Source of the DNA: Candidatus Omnitrophota bacterium
Lineage (GTDB): Bacteria > Omnitrophota > Gorgyraeia > Duberdicusellales > 4484-171
DNA length: 44,231 nucleotides
Assembly (NCBI GenBank): GCA_023135855.1
Contig: JAGLSH010000001.1
Coordinates: forward strand, 1 to 44,231
Direction: 5' to 3'
Numbering within the stretch: position 1 is the stretch's first letter; each line of letters starts with the position of its first letter. A model generated the notes under the pieces. The model did not search any database, was not told the origin of the DNA, and saw only the letters and a list, made by a program, of their open reading frames with translations. Below, piece by piece: positions 1 to 9,648 of the stretch. Both the position numbers and the translations under genes were made by a program.

Positions 1-1167
1 AAATATCTCCTCTTGAAATATTGCAGAATCAGGACTGACCCCTTCAAATACTGTTGGCTCGAAAAAGAACCCCTTCTTTAAAGCTTCATCTTCAGGGATT
101 TTCCCTCCACAAAGTAATTTTGACCCTTCTCGTTTAGCTTTAGCAACATAAGAAATAACTCTGTCACATTGGAACCTAGAAGCAAGTGGCCCAATTTGAC
201 TTTGGAAATCTAAAGAGTCTCCTATCTTTATTTTTTTAGCTTTTTCAACGAATTGACTAACAAAAGCATCGTAAATGCTCTCCTCTATTAATATTCTCGA
301 AGTCGCAGTGCACATTTGCCCTTGATTTAAGAATATCGAACATAAAGATCCGTTCACTGCTGCCTCTAGATCAGCATCTTTTAAAATTATGCTAGCTGAT
401 TTACCCCCTAACTCCATGATTAGCTTCTTAACACTTTTAGCTGAGTATTCTAAAATCTTCTTACCAACTGCATTTGACCCAGTAAAAGAAATCATATCTA
501 CTAAATTACTAGAACAAAGAATCTCGCCTACTTCTTCCCCTGGTCCAGGGATAACATTTACTATTCCATCAGGCACTCCTGCCTCTTTAACTATCTTAGC
601 CAATTCTAAAGCAGTTAAAGGTGTCAGACTTGAAGGTTTTAAAATAACAGCATTGCCAGCAGCAAGGGCTTGAGCCATCTTCCAAGAAGCTATTAACAAT
701 GGGTAATTCCAAGGAACAATTAAAACAACTACACCTCTAGGCTCTCTTAAAAAAGTTGCCTTAACCTTAGCTATCCTTGATTGAATATCTTGAGCCTCGC
801 TAGATAAATATTTTTCAAGATTATTAGCAAAATATTCAAAAGTTGCTGCTGCCGAAGGTATATCCATAAAGGTCGTTTCTTTAATCGGCTTACCAGAATT
901 TAGACTTTCTAGCTCAGCCAATTCTTTAGCCTTTGATAAAATACCTTCAGATATTTTGAGAAGAATACTCTTCCTATCAGCTAAACTAATATCTTTCCAA
1001 GAACCTTGATCGAAAGCAGCTCTTGCAGATTCAATCGCATATTTTGCATCTTTAGCACTAGCCATGCAAACTGTAGCAATAGTTTCATCATTTGAAGGAT
1101 TGATTATATCTCTTTTATACTTTGAATCCTTAAATTCCCCATTAATAAATAAATCGTATTTTTTCAT
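1..1167 (-). CDS. NAD(P)+-dependent aldehyde dehydrogenase (partial; C-terminus runs off the window start)
   Basis: Not a closed ORF in the track. Minus-strand ATG at 1167-1165 overlaps the TGA of the upstream gene (ATGA). My translation reads MKKYDLFINGEF...VPWNYPLL...MELGGKSASII...NQGQMCTATSR...FFFEPTVFEG, which contains the ALDH catalytic Glu (ELGGKS) and Cys (GQMCTA) motifs. The frame is open for 389 codons to position 1. Confidence 0.9.
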   Translation of the reverse strand, partial: MKKYDLFINGEFKDSKYKRDIINPSNDETIATVCMASAKDAKYAIESARAAFDQGSWKDISLADRKSILLKISEGILSKAKELAELESLNSGKPIKETTFMDIPSAAATFEYFANNLEKYLSSEAQDIQSRIAKVKATFLREPRGVVVLIVPWNYPLLIASWKMAQALAAGNAVILKPSSLTPLTALELAKIVKEAGVPDGIVNVIPGPGEEVGEILCSSNLVDMISFTGSNAVGKKILEYSAKSVKKLIMELGGKSASIILKDADLEAAVNGSLCSIFLNQGQMCTATSRILIEESIYDAFVSQFVEKAKKIKIGDSLDFQSQIGPLASRFQCDRVISYVAKAKREGSKLLCGGKIPEDEALKKGFFFEPTVFEGVSPDSAIFQEEIF

Positions 1168-2162
1168 TTAAATTTTACCTGTTTAAATATTTCAAATAGC
1201 CTACTAAAAGGAACATACCAACGTGAAAGCTGCCCTAGTTGACCTTGTAAACTCATCTTTCCTTGAGTAACTGCTACAAAAGGATCCAAACTGCCTAAGA
1301 AAACCTGCTGCCAAATATCATCTGATGCTGAAATAATAAAAGGAGCATCTTTGTCATAATCTAGTTTTATGATTTTCCCTTTTTCAAAATTAAACTTATA
1401 AACTTTATCACTCCCCTCTAAAGCAATAGCCAGCTTAAGAGTTAAATCTAACTCTTCCCCCTTGCTACTCATAAACTCATCTTTATTTACTAAATCCACT
1501 ATAGCTTGAATATGTTCAGAGGAAAACATCAAATATGAAGCATCGCCATCTAACTTTTCCTTAAGAGGCTTATCCAAATCATCTAACACACTCTTATCAA
1601 AAAGTCTAGCCACGGCTACTGTGCACACTGCCTCTTCCAAAGCTTCAACTAAGCTTAGAGCTTCATCAAAATTATTAGCAATGACTACTACGCCATGATT
1701 TTTTAAAACAACTAAATTATTAGTTTTTAAAGCTTCAATAACCTGATCAGGATTAGTTACTGTTGGTGTCTCTTGTTTTATTATTGGAACTTCCCCTAAA
1801 TAAAACTTAGTCTCAAAAGTTAGCGCTTTTAAGGATGAACTAACAGCAAAATAACCATTAATTAAAGGTGGATGACAATGAACTACTACTTTTGAAGGAA
1901 AGTTTTTATAAACAAGACTATGCAAAGACAGCTCTGAACTTGGATTCCGATCACTTTCTGACTTATTGCTATTCAAATTAACCTTCACAATGTCTAAGGG
2001 ATCCAAACTTCCTAAGAAAGACTGGCTAGCGGTAATCAAAATATTTTCATCATCTATCCTGGCGCTTACATTGCCAGACCTTGCCACTGTTAAGCCTTGA
2101 GAATATAAACGTTTTCCTACTCTTATCATTTCATCTTTTAACTTATTTTCTTGATCAACCAT
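1164..2162 (-). CDS. Class II aldolase/adducin-family enzyme (MtnB / FucA / 5-deoxyribulose-1-P aldolase-like) fused to a C-terminal SCP2 sterol-carrier-like domain
   Basis: N-terminal 200 aa carry GNVSAR, ELSLHSLVY (catalytic Glu), VVHCHPP and KNHGVVV (Zn His triad), as in class II aldolases. C-terminal about 110 aa (LTLKLAIALEG...FVAVTQGKMSLQGQLGQLSRW) looks like SCP2. ATG start; overlaps both neighbours. Confidence 0.75.
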   Translation of the reverse strand: MVDQENKLKDEMIRVGKRLYSQGLTVARSGNVSARIDDENILITASQSFLGSLDPLDIVKVNLNSNKSESDRNPSSELSLHSLVYKNFPSKVVVHCHPPLINGYFAVSSSLKALTFETKFYLGEVPIIKQETPTVTNPDQVIEALKTNNLVVLKNHGVVVIANNFDEALSLVEALEEAVCTVAVARLFDKSVLDDLDKPLKEKLDGDASYLMFSSEHIQAIVDLVNKDEFMSSKGEELDLTLKLAIALEGSDKVYKFNFEKGKIIKLDYDKDAPFIISASDDIWQQVFLGSLDPFVAVTQGKMSLQGQLGQLSRWYVPFSRLFEIFKQVKFK

Positions 2163-3111
2163 TTTTCACCTCTAGATAAATATGTTTAGTAATCAAATTA
2201 TTAGGAGTTATATCAAAGGCCGGATAATAAGCTTTTGAACCTTTAGGCGCAAGATGCACTCCTTGATATATTGTCAGCTCTTTATCAGGTCTTATCTCAA
2301 TCTTTATATCCTTACCTGTTTTGGCGCCAGACGTTGGAGCACAAAGTACATAAAAAGGAATTTTAAAATATTTAGCAATTAATCCTATTTGGTAAGTTCC
2401 AATTTTATTAGCGATGTCTCCATTTTGCGCTAAATTATCTGAGCCAACTATAACTTTATTAATCTTACCTTCTTCCATTACCTGAGCAACCATATTGTCA
2501 GTTATTATTGTAACATCAAAACCCGCGCGCATAAGTTCCCAAGCAGTAAGTCTTGAGCCCTGTAAATAAGGCCGTGTTTCAGTAACGAAAAAACTCACGA
2601 CTCTTCCTTTACTTTTAGCAAATCCAGCTATCAAAGGCAAGAGACCACTAACATTACAGTGAGTAAGAATTACATCACCATCCTTGATTAAACTAGCTGC
2701 TTCTTTTGCTTGTTTAATTCGAGCATTCTTTAGCATGTCTAGGAAACCTAATATTGCCTTATCCAAAGGCACACCTGTTTTATCCCAATCCAAAACCATA
2801 TTAGTTAAATACTTAAATGAAAGTGTAGGCCGAGTTGAATTTATTGCTTTAGCAACCTTAACCAAAATAGGAGAAATGTTCTTTTTACCCTTATTGCTTT
2901 TAATAACCATAAGAAAGATATACATAACTAATAGAACCTGACCAACAGCCCGAGTCCTCATCTGACGTATTGCTAGACAAGCTTGTGAATAATTCTTAGC
3001 TTTGACGTACTTCTCTTTATGAGGTAAAAGAGTCTCATCAAGTATATAAATTACATCGCCTTTTAATTTAATCGGCCAAAAAAGTGGTGAAAATTTAAAA
3101 TTCTTATCCAT
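2155..3111 (-). CDS. MtnA / eIF-2B alpha-beta-delta family sugar-1-phosphate isomerase (methylthioribose-1-P or 5-deoxyribose-1-P isomerase-like)
   Basis: ILTHCNVSGL (catalytic Cys), ETRPYLQGSRLTAWEL and VGSDNLAQNGDIANKIGTY (catalytic Asp) are the hallmark MtnA motifs. ATG start at 3111. Confidence 0.85.
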   Translation of the reverse strand: MDKNFKFSPLFWPIKLKGDVIYILDETLLPHKEKYVKAKNYSQACLAIRQMRTRAVGQVLLVMYIFLMVIKSNKGKKNISPILVKVAKAINSTRPTLSFKYLTNMVLDWDKTGVPLDKAILGFLDMLKNARIKQAKEAASLIKDGDVILTHCNVSGLLPLIAGFAKSKGRVVSFFVTETRPYLQGSRLTAWELMRAGFDVTIITDNMVAQVMEEGKINKVIVGSDNLAQNGDIANKIGTYQIGLIAKYFKIPFYVLCAPTSGAKTGKDIKIEIRPDKELTIYQGVHLAPKGSKAYYPAFDITPNNLITKHIYLEVKNG

Positions 3112-3124
3112 AAAAATGATTTAA

Positions 3125-3931
3125 CTAATTAAGAAGTTTTCTATATTCCTCTAATATCTTTAGAGTAACTTCTCCCGGCATACCTTGACCTAATAATTTA
3201 TCATCACACTCAACTAAAGGCATTACCTCCATTAAAGAACTAGTTATAAACGCCTCCCGGCAATTAAATAAATCTTCCAGAGAAGCTTCTCCTTCCTTTA
3301 GATCAATATTTAATTTTTCCAAAATGTTTATAACTAATCCCCGAGTAATCCCGCAAAAAGCACCATCTTCTATTGAAGGAGTAATAACTTTATTATCTTT
3401 AATTAAAAATAAATTACTTCTTGAGCCTCCAGCCAATACTCCTTTAGGGTTCAAAATTAAAGCTTCACTCTTTTTCTTCTTCTGAGCCCCAAACCAAGCT
3501 AATCTATTAGGTAAATAACTTAAAGACTTAACCTGAGAACAAATATTCTTACTACATCTTCGATGAGAAGAAACGGTTGCATCAAACCCTTTTTTGTAAG
3601 TGTCTTCCTTATAATATTCAAACTTATCTACATACATAAGCATTCCCACTCCTTGTCTCTTCTTATAAGCAGTTATTCTTATATAAGCATCTTCTAAGCC
3701 ATTCTCAACTAACAGGTTATGAATTATACTCTGCCAATCTAAGTCAACTTCCCCTATTTCCAGAAGAGTTAAGCTCCTGTCTAAACGTTCAATATGAGAG
3801 TTAAGAAAAGGAATCTTCCCCTTGTAAGCTCTTAAGACTTCAAATATTCCCCAACCAAATAAAAATCCCGGCTCAAAAACATCAGCCAAAGACTCCTTAT
3901 TAATCACCTCTCCATTGTCGTAAACTTTCAT
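3125..3931 (-). CDS. Class IV (fold type IV) PLP aminotransferase / aminodeoxychorismate-lyase-like
   Basis: 268 aa. VKSLSYLPNRLAW (PLP Lys context), GGSRSNLF and GITRG motifs are typical of the BCAT / D-aminotransferase / PabC family. Confidence 0.8.
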   Translation of the reverse strand: MKVYDNGEVINKESLADVFEPGFLFGWGIFEVLRAYKGKIPFLNSHIERLDRSLTLLEIGEVDLDWQSIIHNLLVENGLEDAYIRITAYKKRQGVGMLMYVDKFEYYKEDTYKKGFDATVSSHRRCSKNICSQVKSLSYLPNRLAWFGAQKKKKSEALILNPKGVLAGGSRSNLFLIKDNKVITPSIEDGAFCGITRGLVINILEKLNIDLKEGEASLEDLFNCREAFITSSLMEVMPLVECDDKLLGQGMPGEVTLKILEEYRKLLN

Positions 3932-4815
3932 TCAAATAATCCTGCTAAATTCTTATAAGTAATTTTCTCTTTAACTTCTTCACCTAGTTCATCTAAAATC
4001 TTAAGATTACTTTCTAAATCAAGATTAACTGGATAGTCTGACCCCCAAAGAATATGATCTTGACCAAATAAATCTAAAGCCAATTTAATATTACCAAGAG
4101 ATGATCCTGATGTATCCACATAAACTTCTTTTAGAATCTGAGATGGTGCTCTTCCTAAATCTTTAACCATCTCTCTTTTGCGTAACATTGTATAGACTCG
4201 ATCAAATCTATCTTTTAAGAAAGGAACAACTCCTCCCAAAGATGCCAAAATGAACTTTACTTTAAATTTATCCAGCACCCCTTCCATCATAAGCAAACCT
4301 AGAAAAGTAGATAGGTCTAAACTATACTCTAGAACCGGCATAAGCAAAGGATCTTTCACCCGGCTATAACCAATAGGGTTAATGGTTTGGGAATGAACAA
4401 AAATTGGTAAATTATGTTCCTGGACTGCTTCAAATAAAGGAAAAAGCTGATCAACTATAAACTTACCATTATAACTTGAAGCTAGGTTTATTGCCTTGAA
4501 TCCTCTGTTCTTTAACTGAGCCAATTCAGAAGAAATATTGCTTAAATCTTCTACATCAACTAGACAAGCTGCAACTATCTTAGGGTTTTCCTTTAAAATC
4601 TTCTCTACTTCTCTATTGTAGATTTCACTAACCTTTTTAAAACCACCCAATTTAAGGTAAGCATCTGTAGAAGGATAAACTAAAAAAGCTCTATCAATAT
4701 TATTACTATCTAAGAATTGATAAAGTTTATCCTTATCAGCCCAGACACCTTTATAAAAGTTAGTATGGTCTGAAAGCTCTCCGGGAATAAAGTGGATATG
4801 ACTATCAGCTAACAT
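3928..4815 (-). CDS. Amidohydrolase_2 (TIM-barrel metal-dependent hydrolase/decarboxylase, ACMSD-like) family protein
   Basis: N-terminal DSHIH (HxH metal motif) and C-terminal WGSDYP (metal Asp). 295 aa. The start is preceded by repeat family 1 and has no SD. Confidence 0.75.
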   Translation of the reverse strand: MLADSHIHFIPGELSDHTNFYKGVWADKDKLYQFLDSNNIDRAFLVYPSTDAYLKLGGFKKVSEIYNREVEKILKENPKIVAACLVDVEDLSNISSELAQLKNRGFKAINLASSYNGKFIVDQLFPLFEAVQEHNLPIFVHSQTINPIGYSRVKDPLLMPVLEYSLDLSTFLGLLMMEGVLDKFKVKFILASLGGVVPFLKDRFDRVYTMLRKREMVKDLGRAPSQILKEVYVDTSGSSLGNIKLALDLFGQDHILWGSDYPVNLDLESNLKILDELGEEVKEKITYKNLAGLFE

Positions 4816-4825
4816 AATATATTTA

Positions 4826-4892
4826 CGGTTAATGGGTATATGAGCTGATGAGTACTACACATTCACCCATCAACCCATTCACTCATTTACTC
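4826..4892. repeat. Intergenic imperfect-palindrome repeat, family 1 (copy A; core AATGGGTATATGAG at 4831-4844)
   Basis: Plus-strand arms AATGGGT/ACCCATT and TGATGAGT/ACCCATCA. In mRNA sense the 5' arm GAGTAAATGAGTGAATGGGTTGATGGGT matches copy C at 26 of 28 positions. Fills the whole gap between the radical SAM stop and the amidohydrolase ATG. Confidence 0.7.
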
Positions 4893-6353
4893 TTAAACGT
4901 GTTTTTCTCCCTTAACTGCACCTTCTTCCCACTTAGTTACACCCTTCATTACATCTTGGAAGCATAACTTAGCTAGGATATCAAAGTTACTAGTCATAAT
5001 CCTCTGGATTCTACCTGGCTTTGAGAAAAATTCTCTCATGCACCAAGAACCTAGCCTTCCATAATCTTCCAATGATAGATGTTCTGTGGCCATTACTGGG
5101 TGTAAGAAATCCCACTGAAGAAAATCTATTTTGCTAGGGTCAATCTCACCAGTTTTGATTCTTTGTCTCCAAATTGGAGAATTTGGTGCTGGGGTAACAT
5201 AGCCTACCCATAAAATATCTGGATCAACTACATCAGTAAATTCAAATCTATCCTTTATGATAGCTTCAGTATCACCATCAAAACCCATCATAATGTCAGC
5301 AACAATAGCAATATTGTTCTTTCGTAGGATTTCAATAGTCTTCTTTATCTGTTCAATGGTGATTCCTTTAGCTATTCTTTTTAACTCTGAAGCAGTGGTA
5401 ACTTCTATGCCAAACACTCCAGTAAACAAACCAGCTTCTTTCATCAAAGGTAAAATTTCTTCACAATTAACCCAATCAATAGCTCTACCTAAAGAAACCC
5501 ATTTAATCGGATTTTCTTTTTCCAATTTCAGCCGGCAAAACTTCTCTACTCTCTCAGGATCAACATTAAAATTATCATCCTGAATTACCACTACCTTTAC
5601 TCCGTACTCCTTATGAAGCAATTCTAGTTCTTCAATTACTCTTTCCGGAGATTTTGCCCGCCATTTTAGAAAATCTTCTGGATGCCTAGGGTCATATTGA
5701 TCCCACTCATAACAAAAAGTACAAGCAGAAGGACATCCTCTGGAAGTAACCATCTCAACGAATGGTTTCCAATGAGTATGACCAACATACTTCTCCATAG
5801 GAAATAAATCATAGGCTGGAAGTGGTAACTTATCTAAATCTGTATTCAGAGCCCTGTGCGGCCCCATAACAGCCTTACCATCTACTCTTGAGCTCACTCC
5901 AGCGATATCTGTTATTTCTTCTGACTTCTCTATCGCCGAAACTAAATCACAAAAAGCCTCTTCTTCACCCATGACTACATAATCAATAGCTGGATTGCTT
6001 TCTAGAGTAAATACTGGCATTGAGGAATACCACAATCCTCCAACAATTATTTTTATATTAGGCAGCACTTCTTTTATTAGTTTTGCTGCCTGATTAAAAT
6101 AATGAAGAATAGCAAACCCTCCATAAGAGTGAAGCATATCTCCAAGAACAAGAACATCAGGATTTTTTTGCTTAACTTGCTCAACCATTTCATCTGTTTC
6201 TATCTCTAAGGCTTTACAGTCTAAAACCTCTAAATCTTTATGACCTTTTTCTCTAATATAAGAAGCCCATTGAGCATAAAGTTGATCAGGGCCGAGATGT
6301 TTACCATGAGTTGCCCAAGCGCCTGACTTCGGTGTTAAAAATAAAATTTGCAT
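4893..6353 (-). CDS. B12-binding-domain radical SAM protein
   Basis: N-terminal Rossmann-like B12-binding region (DVLVLGDMLHSYGG). Radical SAM cluster motif SRGCPSACTFCYE (CxxxCxxC). 486 aa. Strong SD (AAGGAGGAG) upstream of the ATG at 6353. Confidence 0.9.
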   Translation of the reverse strand: MQILFLTPKSGAWATHGKHLGPDQLYAQWASYIREKGHKDLEVLDCKALEIETDEMVEQVKQKNPDVLVLGDMLHSYGGFAILHYFNQAAKLIKEVLPNIKIIVGGLWYSSMPVFTLESNPAIDYVVMGEEEAFCDLVSAIEKSEEITDIAGVSSRVDGKAVMGPHRALNTDLDKLPLPAYDLFPMEKYVGHTHWKPFVEMVTSRGCPSACTFCYEWDQYDPRHPEDFLKWRAKSPERVIEELELLHKEYGVKVVVIQDDNFNVDPERVEKFCRLKLEKENPIKWVSLGRAIDWVNCEEILPLMKEAGLFTGVFGIEVTTASELKRIAKGITIEQIKKTIEILRKNNIAIVADIMMGFDGDTEAIIKDRFEFTDVVDPDILWVGYVTPAPNSPIWRQRIKTGEIDPSKIDFLQWDFLHPVMATEHLSLEDYGRLGSWCMREFFSKPGRIQRIMTSNFDILAKLCFQDVMKGVTKWEEGAVKGEKHV

Positions 6354-6386
6354 TCCCTCTCCTCCTTTGTTAGGTAAATTATTAGA

Positions 6387-7154
6387 TTATTTTTCTGGAT
6401 GATCCTGCTTAAAAGGTATCACTGGTTTCTTCCAAGGCGTTTGCTGATTAATTACCGCTAACTCTAAAGGGCAAGTATTTTCACTTTGAGTTAAAGCAAA
6501 TAAAACTGTGTCAGCTATTGCCTCTGGTTCCATTAATCTTCCCCCTTCCTCAGATATATCTTTTAACTTGCCAGTTAAAGGGGTTCTGGTTACTCCTGGA
6601 AATATTGAAGTAACTTTAATCCCAAAATCACGCATCTCCCAAAAAAGTCCCTTAGCAAAAGCCCTCAGGGCAACTTTCAAAGAAGTATAAACTATGAAAT
6701 TGCGTGGTGGGGGATCTACCATAACTGAACCACTAGTAATGTTCACAATATGCCCACCGCCAGCATCTTTCATATGATTAACAACTAAACGCGAAAGCAT
6801 GACATAACTATAGTAATTTGTATGCATGATTTTTTCAATATCCTCTACTGGCTGTTGCCAAAAAGGATACTGGCTTGAAACTCCTGCTCCGTTGACAACA
6901 ATATCTATCTTGCCAAATTTATCAATTGTCTTATTAACTAAATTCTCTAAATCACTTTGTTTAGTGACATCACACCTTATGCATAATACTTTTTCTTGGT
7001 TAGGAAGTGATTTTTTAATATCCTCTAAAACTTCCTCTCTCCTTGCGGCAAGAACAAGATTGGTACCTTGTGCGGCTAATTTCTCAACTACACTTTTACC
7101 AATCCCGCCACTGGCTCCAGTTATAATACAAACTTTATCGCCTAAATTACTCAT
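6387..7154 (-). CDS. Short-chain dehydrogenase/reductase (candidate ketoreductase)
   Basis: TGASGGIGK cofactor motif, VNGAGV, catalytic YTSLK (YxxxK). 255 aa. Confidence 0.9.
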   Translation of the reverse strand: MSNLGDKVCIITGASGGIGKSVVEKLAAQGTNLVLAARREEVLEDIKKSLPNQEKVLCIRCDVTKQSDLENLVNKTIDKFGKIDIVVNGAGVSSQYPFWQQPVEDIEKIMHTNYYSYVMLSRLVVNHMKDAGGGHIVNITSGSVMVDPPPRNFIVYTSLKVALRAFAKGLFWEMRDFGIKVTSIFPGVTRTPLTGKLKDISEEGGRLMEPEAIADTVLFALTQSENTCPLELAVINQQTPWKKPVIPFKQDHPEK

Positions 7155-7166
7155 ACCACTCCTTGT

Positions 7167-8291
7167 TTAATTTATTATTTTCTTTAAATTAAAACCTAGA
7201 AAAAATATACTTAAAAATATCACAATAAATAAAACCTTAAATCCGGCTATTGATACTAATAGCCCTCCTAAAAAAGCACCTAGTCCTCCAAAACTAAAAC
7301 GCAAAGAACTGTTTAGGCTTGAAGCATCACGTAATATTCTATCAGGAAATGAAGTAAGATGAGACGCTAGTCCAACATGAGTAAGAGCCATGCCTGCGCC
7401 CCAAAAAGTTATCATTAATAAAATTAACTTATAATTACCTATAAAAATAAGAGAAAAAGCAAAAACACTCATTAAAGTAAAACCAATGCTGCTTATTTTA
7501 ATATTTCCAAAACGAGCACTTAAAAATCCCCCTGAAAACTCAAATATTATTGCAGCTAAGGTAGCTACAGTAAAAACTGAACTTATAGCCATCTGCCCTA
7601 AGGAAAAACTCTCACTTAAATAAACACCTAAACGCTGCTGCAGACCATGGTACAGAAGACTTCCCAGGGTAACTACTAAAAAGAAATTAATTACTTTTTT
7701 ATCTTTTAAAGTATTAAGATAACTTATCTTAAACTTATCAACTCTAAAATCAAAATCTTCTAATTTAGTAAGTACTAAAACAAATACCAATAAACTTGCA
7801 ATTGATGGTATTAGATAAAGTCCTAAAGGAAATTTTTCAAAAAATCCACTTAAAAACACACTGATAAAGTTTGAAAAATAAGAAAAACCAAAAAATATTC
7901 CAATAGTTTTTGCTTTCTCTCCAGGAGGGACAACCTTACCAACAGCAATAAGAACTAAAGGTACAAAGCTACAGCCAAAACAACCCATTAAAAATCTAGC
8001 TATAAAAGCTTGCTCAATGCTCCTTGATAAACTAAAGAAAAAAGATGATAGGAAAAATCCTAAAGTTGCAATTAGAAGAATCTTTTTAACCTTAACTATT
8101 CTAGTAAAAGGCGCCCAAACAAGAGCAAAAACCCCATAAGGAAGCATGTAAAGCCAAGTAAGGGGTAAGGCTTGAGCTTTATCTATCCCAAAATAAACAG
8201 CTATTGATGGTATTAGAGCGGCCATAGCTGAAACACCGAATGATATTACAAAGAACATCAGACAAAAAATATATAAACTTTTCTTAGGCAT
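7167..8291 (-). CDS. MFS-type transporter
   Basis: 374 aa with about 11-12 hydrophobic helices throughout. Overlaps the upstream SRPBCC gene by 8 nt. Confidence 0.8.
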   Translation of the reverse strand: MPKKSLYIFCLMFFVISFGVSAMAALIPSIAVYFGIDKAQALPLTWLYMLPYGVFALVWAPFTRIVKVKKILLIATLGFFLSSFFFSLSRSIEQAFIARFLMGCFGCSFVPLVLIAVGKVVPPGEKAKTIGIFFGFSYFSNFISVFLSGFFEKFPLGLYLIPSIASLLVFVLVLTKLEDFDFRVDKFKISYLNTLKDKKVINFFLVVTLGSLLYHGLQQRLGVYLSESFSLGQMAISSVFTVATLAAIIFEFSGGFLSARFGNIKISSIGFTLMSVFAFSLIFIGNYKLILLMITFWGAGMALTHVGLASHLTSFPDRILRDASSLNSSLRFSFGGLGAFLGGLLVSIAGFKVLFIVIFLSIFFLGFNLKKIIN

Positions 8292-8721
8292 TAGCCTCTT
8301 TTTCTATTACTTCCTTAAATCTCTTTAAATTATCTTGAGAATGTTTATTTATCAACTCTTCAACCTGAGGATCAGTATACTTAGCCTTATCATCCATGGT
8401 AAAATCCTGAATCCAAGTCATCTCAACTCCACCCTCTACTTCTCTATAAAGCCAAACAATCTTCATATACTTAAAAGGAAACATTGGCTCTATTTTACAA
8501 GCATAAGCAAATTTATCCTCTTTAAAAAGTAAACGATAAGATTTCCAACTATTTCCATTCTTATGAGTAAGTTGAAAAATAATCTTATTACCCTCTACCT
8601 CTAGAACATCTGAGGCTGTATATTCCTCAAATAGTTCTTTCCATCGAGAAATATCATTACTAATATCAAATATCAACCCATAGGATGCATTGATTACAAT
8701 AGAATTTGCTGTATGTGCCAT
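8284..8721 (-). CDS. SRPBCC-superfamily protein (polyketide cyclase/dehydrase-like, Polyketide_cyc2-type)
   Basis: 145 aa. Beta-rich start MAHTANSIVINASYGLIFDISNDISRWKELF and a C-terminal long helix, the typical START/Bet v1 layout. SD GAGGAGG before the ATG. Assignment is from pattern memory only. Confidence 0.6.
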   Translation of the reverse strand: MAHTANSIVINASYGLIFDISNDISRWKELFEEYTASDVLEVEGNKIIFQLTHKNGNSWKSYRLLFKEDKFAYACKIEPMFPFKYMKIVWLYREVEGGVEMTWIQDFTMDDKAKYTDPQVEELINKHSQDNLKRFKEVIEKEANA

Positions 8722-8772
8722 GAATCCTCCTCAATGAGACTAGCTTTTTTTAAGAAAGCATTAGTCGAATTG

Positions 8773-8834
8773 ATCCCGACGAGCGTTGAAAAATTATGAA
8801 ACGTAATTTTTCAACATCTTCCGCGAATCGGGAT
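8773..8834. repeat. Intergenic palindromic element, family 2 (copy D)
   Basis: ATCCCGA (8773-8779) pairs with TCGGGAT (8828-8834). These enclose GTTGAAAAATTA (8785-8796) / TAATTTTTCAAC (8804-8815). Same architecture and termini as copy E. Confidence 0.65.
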
Positions 8835-8840
8835 ACATTA

Positions 8841-9647
8841 TTAATAATCATCCAGAACTGCGACTACCCTTGCCCAAGCAGCACCAGTCTTTATTATTCT
8901 TATTGGAAAACAAATAACTTTAAATCCGAAATTTGGTAATTTATCTAAATTAGCTAATCTTTCAATATGGATAAATTCTCTCTTCCGACCATGAAAATGG
9001 GCTGGCCAAAGATGCCTTGAATCTTTACTTTTCATAAAATCCTTGATCATAAACTTATAAGGCCTATCAATACCCATAGTATCTACCCCAAATATCTTTA
9101 TACCTTTATCCAGAAAATAATCTATAGCTGAGGCATCTACTCCCGGATAATCACTAAAATATTGAGGAGTCCCGTGCAAACGATCAGAACCAGTATAAAT
9201 AAAAACAATATCTAAAGGCTTTAAGCTATAGTTTATTTTTCCTAAGGCCTTTTCTAAGTCTTCCTTTTTAATAACCTCATCTCCCTTTTTATGGCTAAGA
9301 TCTAATCTCACCCCATCGCAATTGCACCACTCCAAAGGTATCTCGTCAGCTGTTTTTGAAGGCTTACCTTCAGATTTACTGCCATAATGAAAAGAATAAT
9401 CAAGATGAGTTCCGCTATGTACTGAAGAATGTACTATCTCTAAAGATAAAAACTCTCCATCAGGTAAGTCTTCCTTTTTAACTATCCGCTTGCCTAATAA
9501 ATGCTGAATCTTCCCCTTTAAAGTCCTGCCCATTAATACCTTATTAAGTTTCTCAACTCCTTGTTTATGAGATGTTCTCTCAATTTCAAGTTTATGAACT
9601 TCAAATGCCTTGTCGTCAATGGGTAAACTTAAATCTACTATTTTCAT
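8841..9647 (-). CDS. Metal-dependent cyclase-family protein (PF04199-type; kynurenine formamidase / DpsY-OxyN-type polyketide cyclase family)
   Basis: HSSVHSGTHLDYSFH matches the HxGTHxDxPxH signature of the putative-cyclase family. 268 aa. Confidence 0.75.
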   Translation of the reverse strand: MKIVDLSLPIDDKAFEVHKLEIERTSHKQGVEKLNKVLMGRTLKGKIQHLLGKRIVKKEDLPDGEFLSLEIVHSSVHSGTHLDYSFHYGSKSEGKPSKTADEIPLEWCNCDGVRLDLSHKKGDEVIKKEDLEKALGKINYSLKPLDIVFIYTGSDRLHGTPQYFSDYPGVDASAIDYFLDKGIKIFGVDTMGIDRPYKFMIKDFMKSKDSRHLWPAHFHGRKREFIHIERLANLDKLPNFGFKVICFPIRIIKTGAAWARVVAVLDDY

Positions 9648-9648
9648 C

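Noticed and set aside
389-673. Plus-strand ORFs antisense to minus-strand genes (389-673, 2684-2941, 5257-5583, 6508-6690, 6826-7170, 8335-8532, 17300-17590, 18446-18745, 25244-25902 group, 27358-28378 group, 31382-31573, 33047-33621 group, 39249-40667 group, 42037-42228, 42940-43158)
   Set aside because: Each lies inside a minus-strand CDS that has clear family motifs. None has a ribosome-binding site or any recognisable domain.
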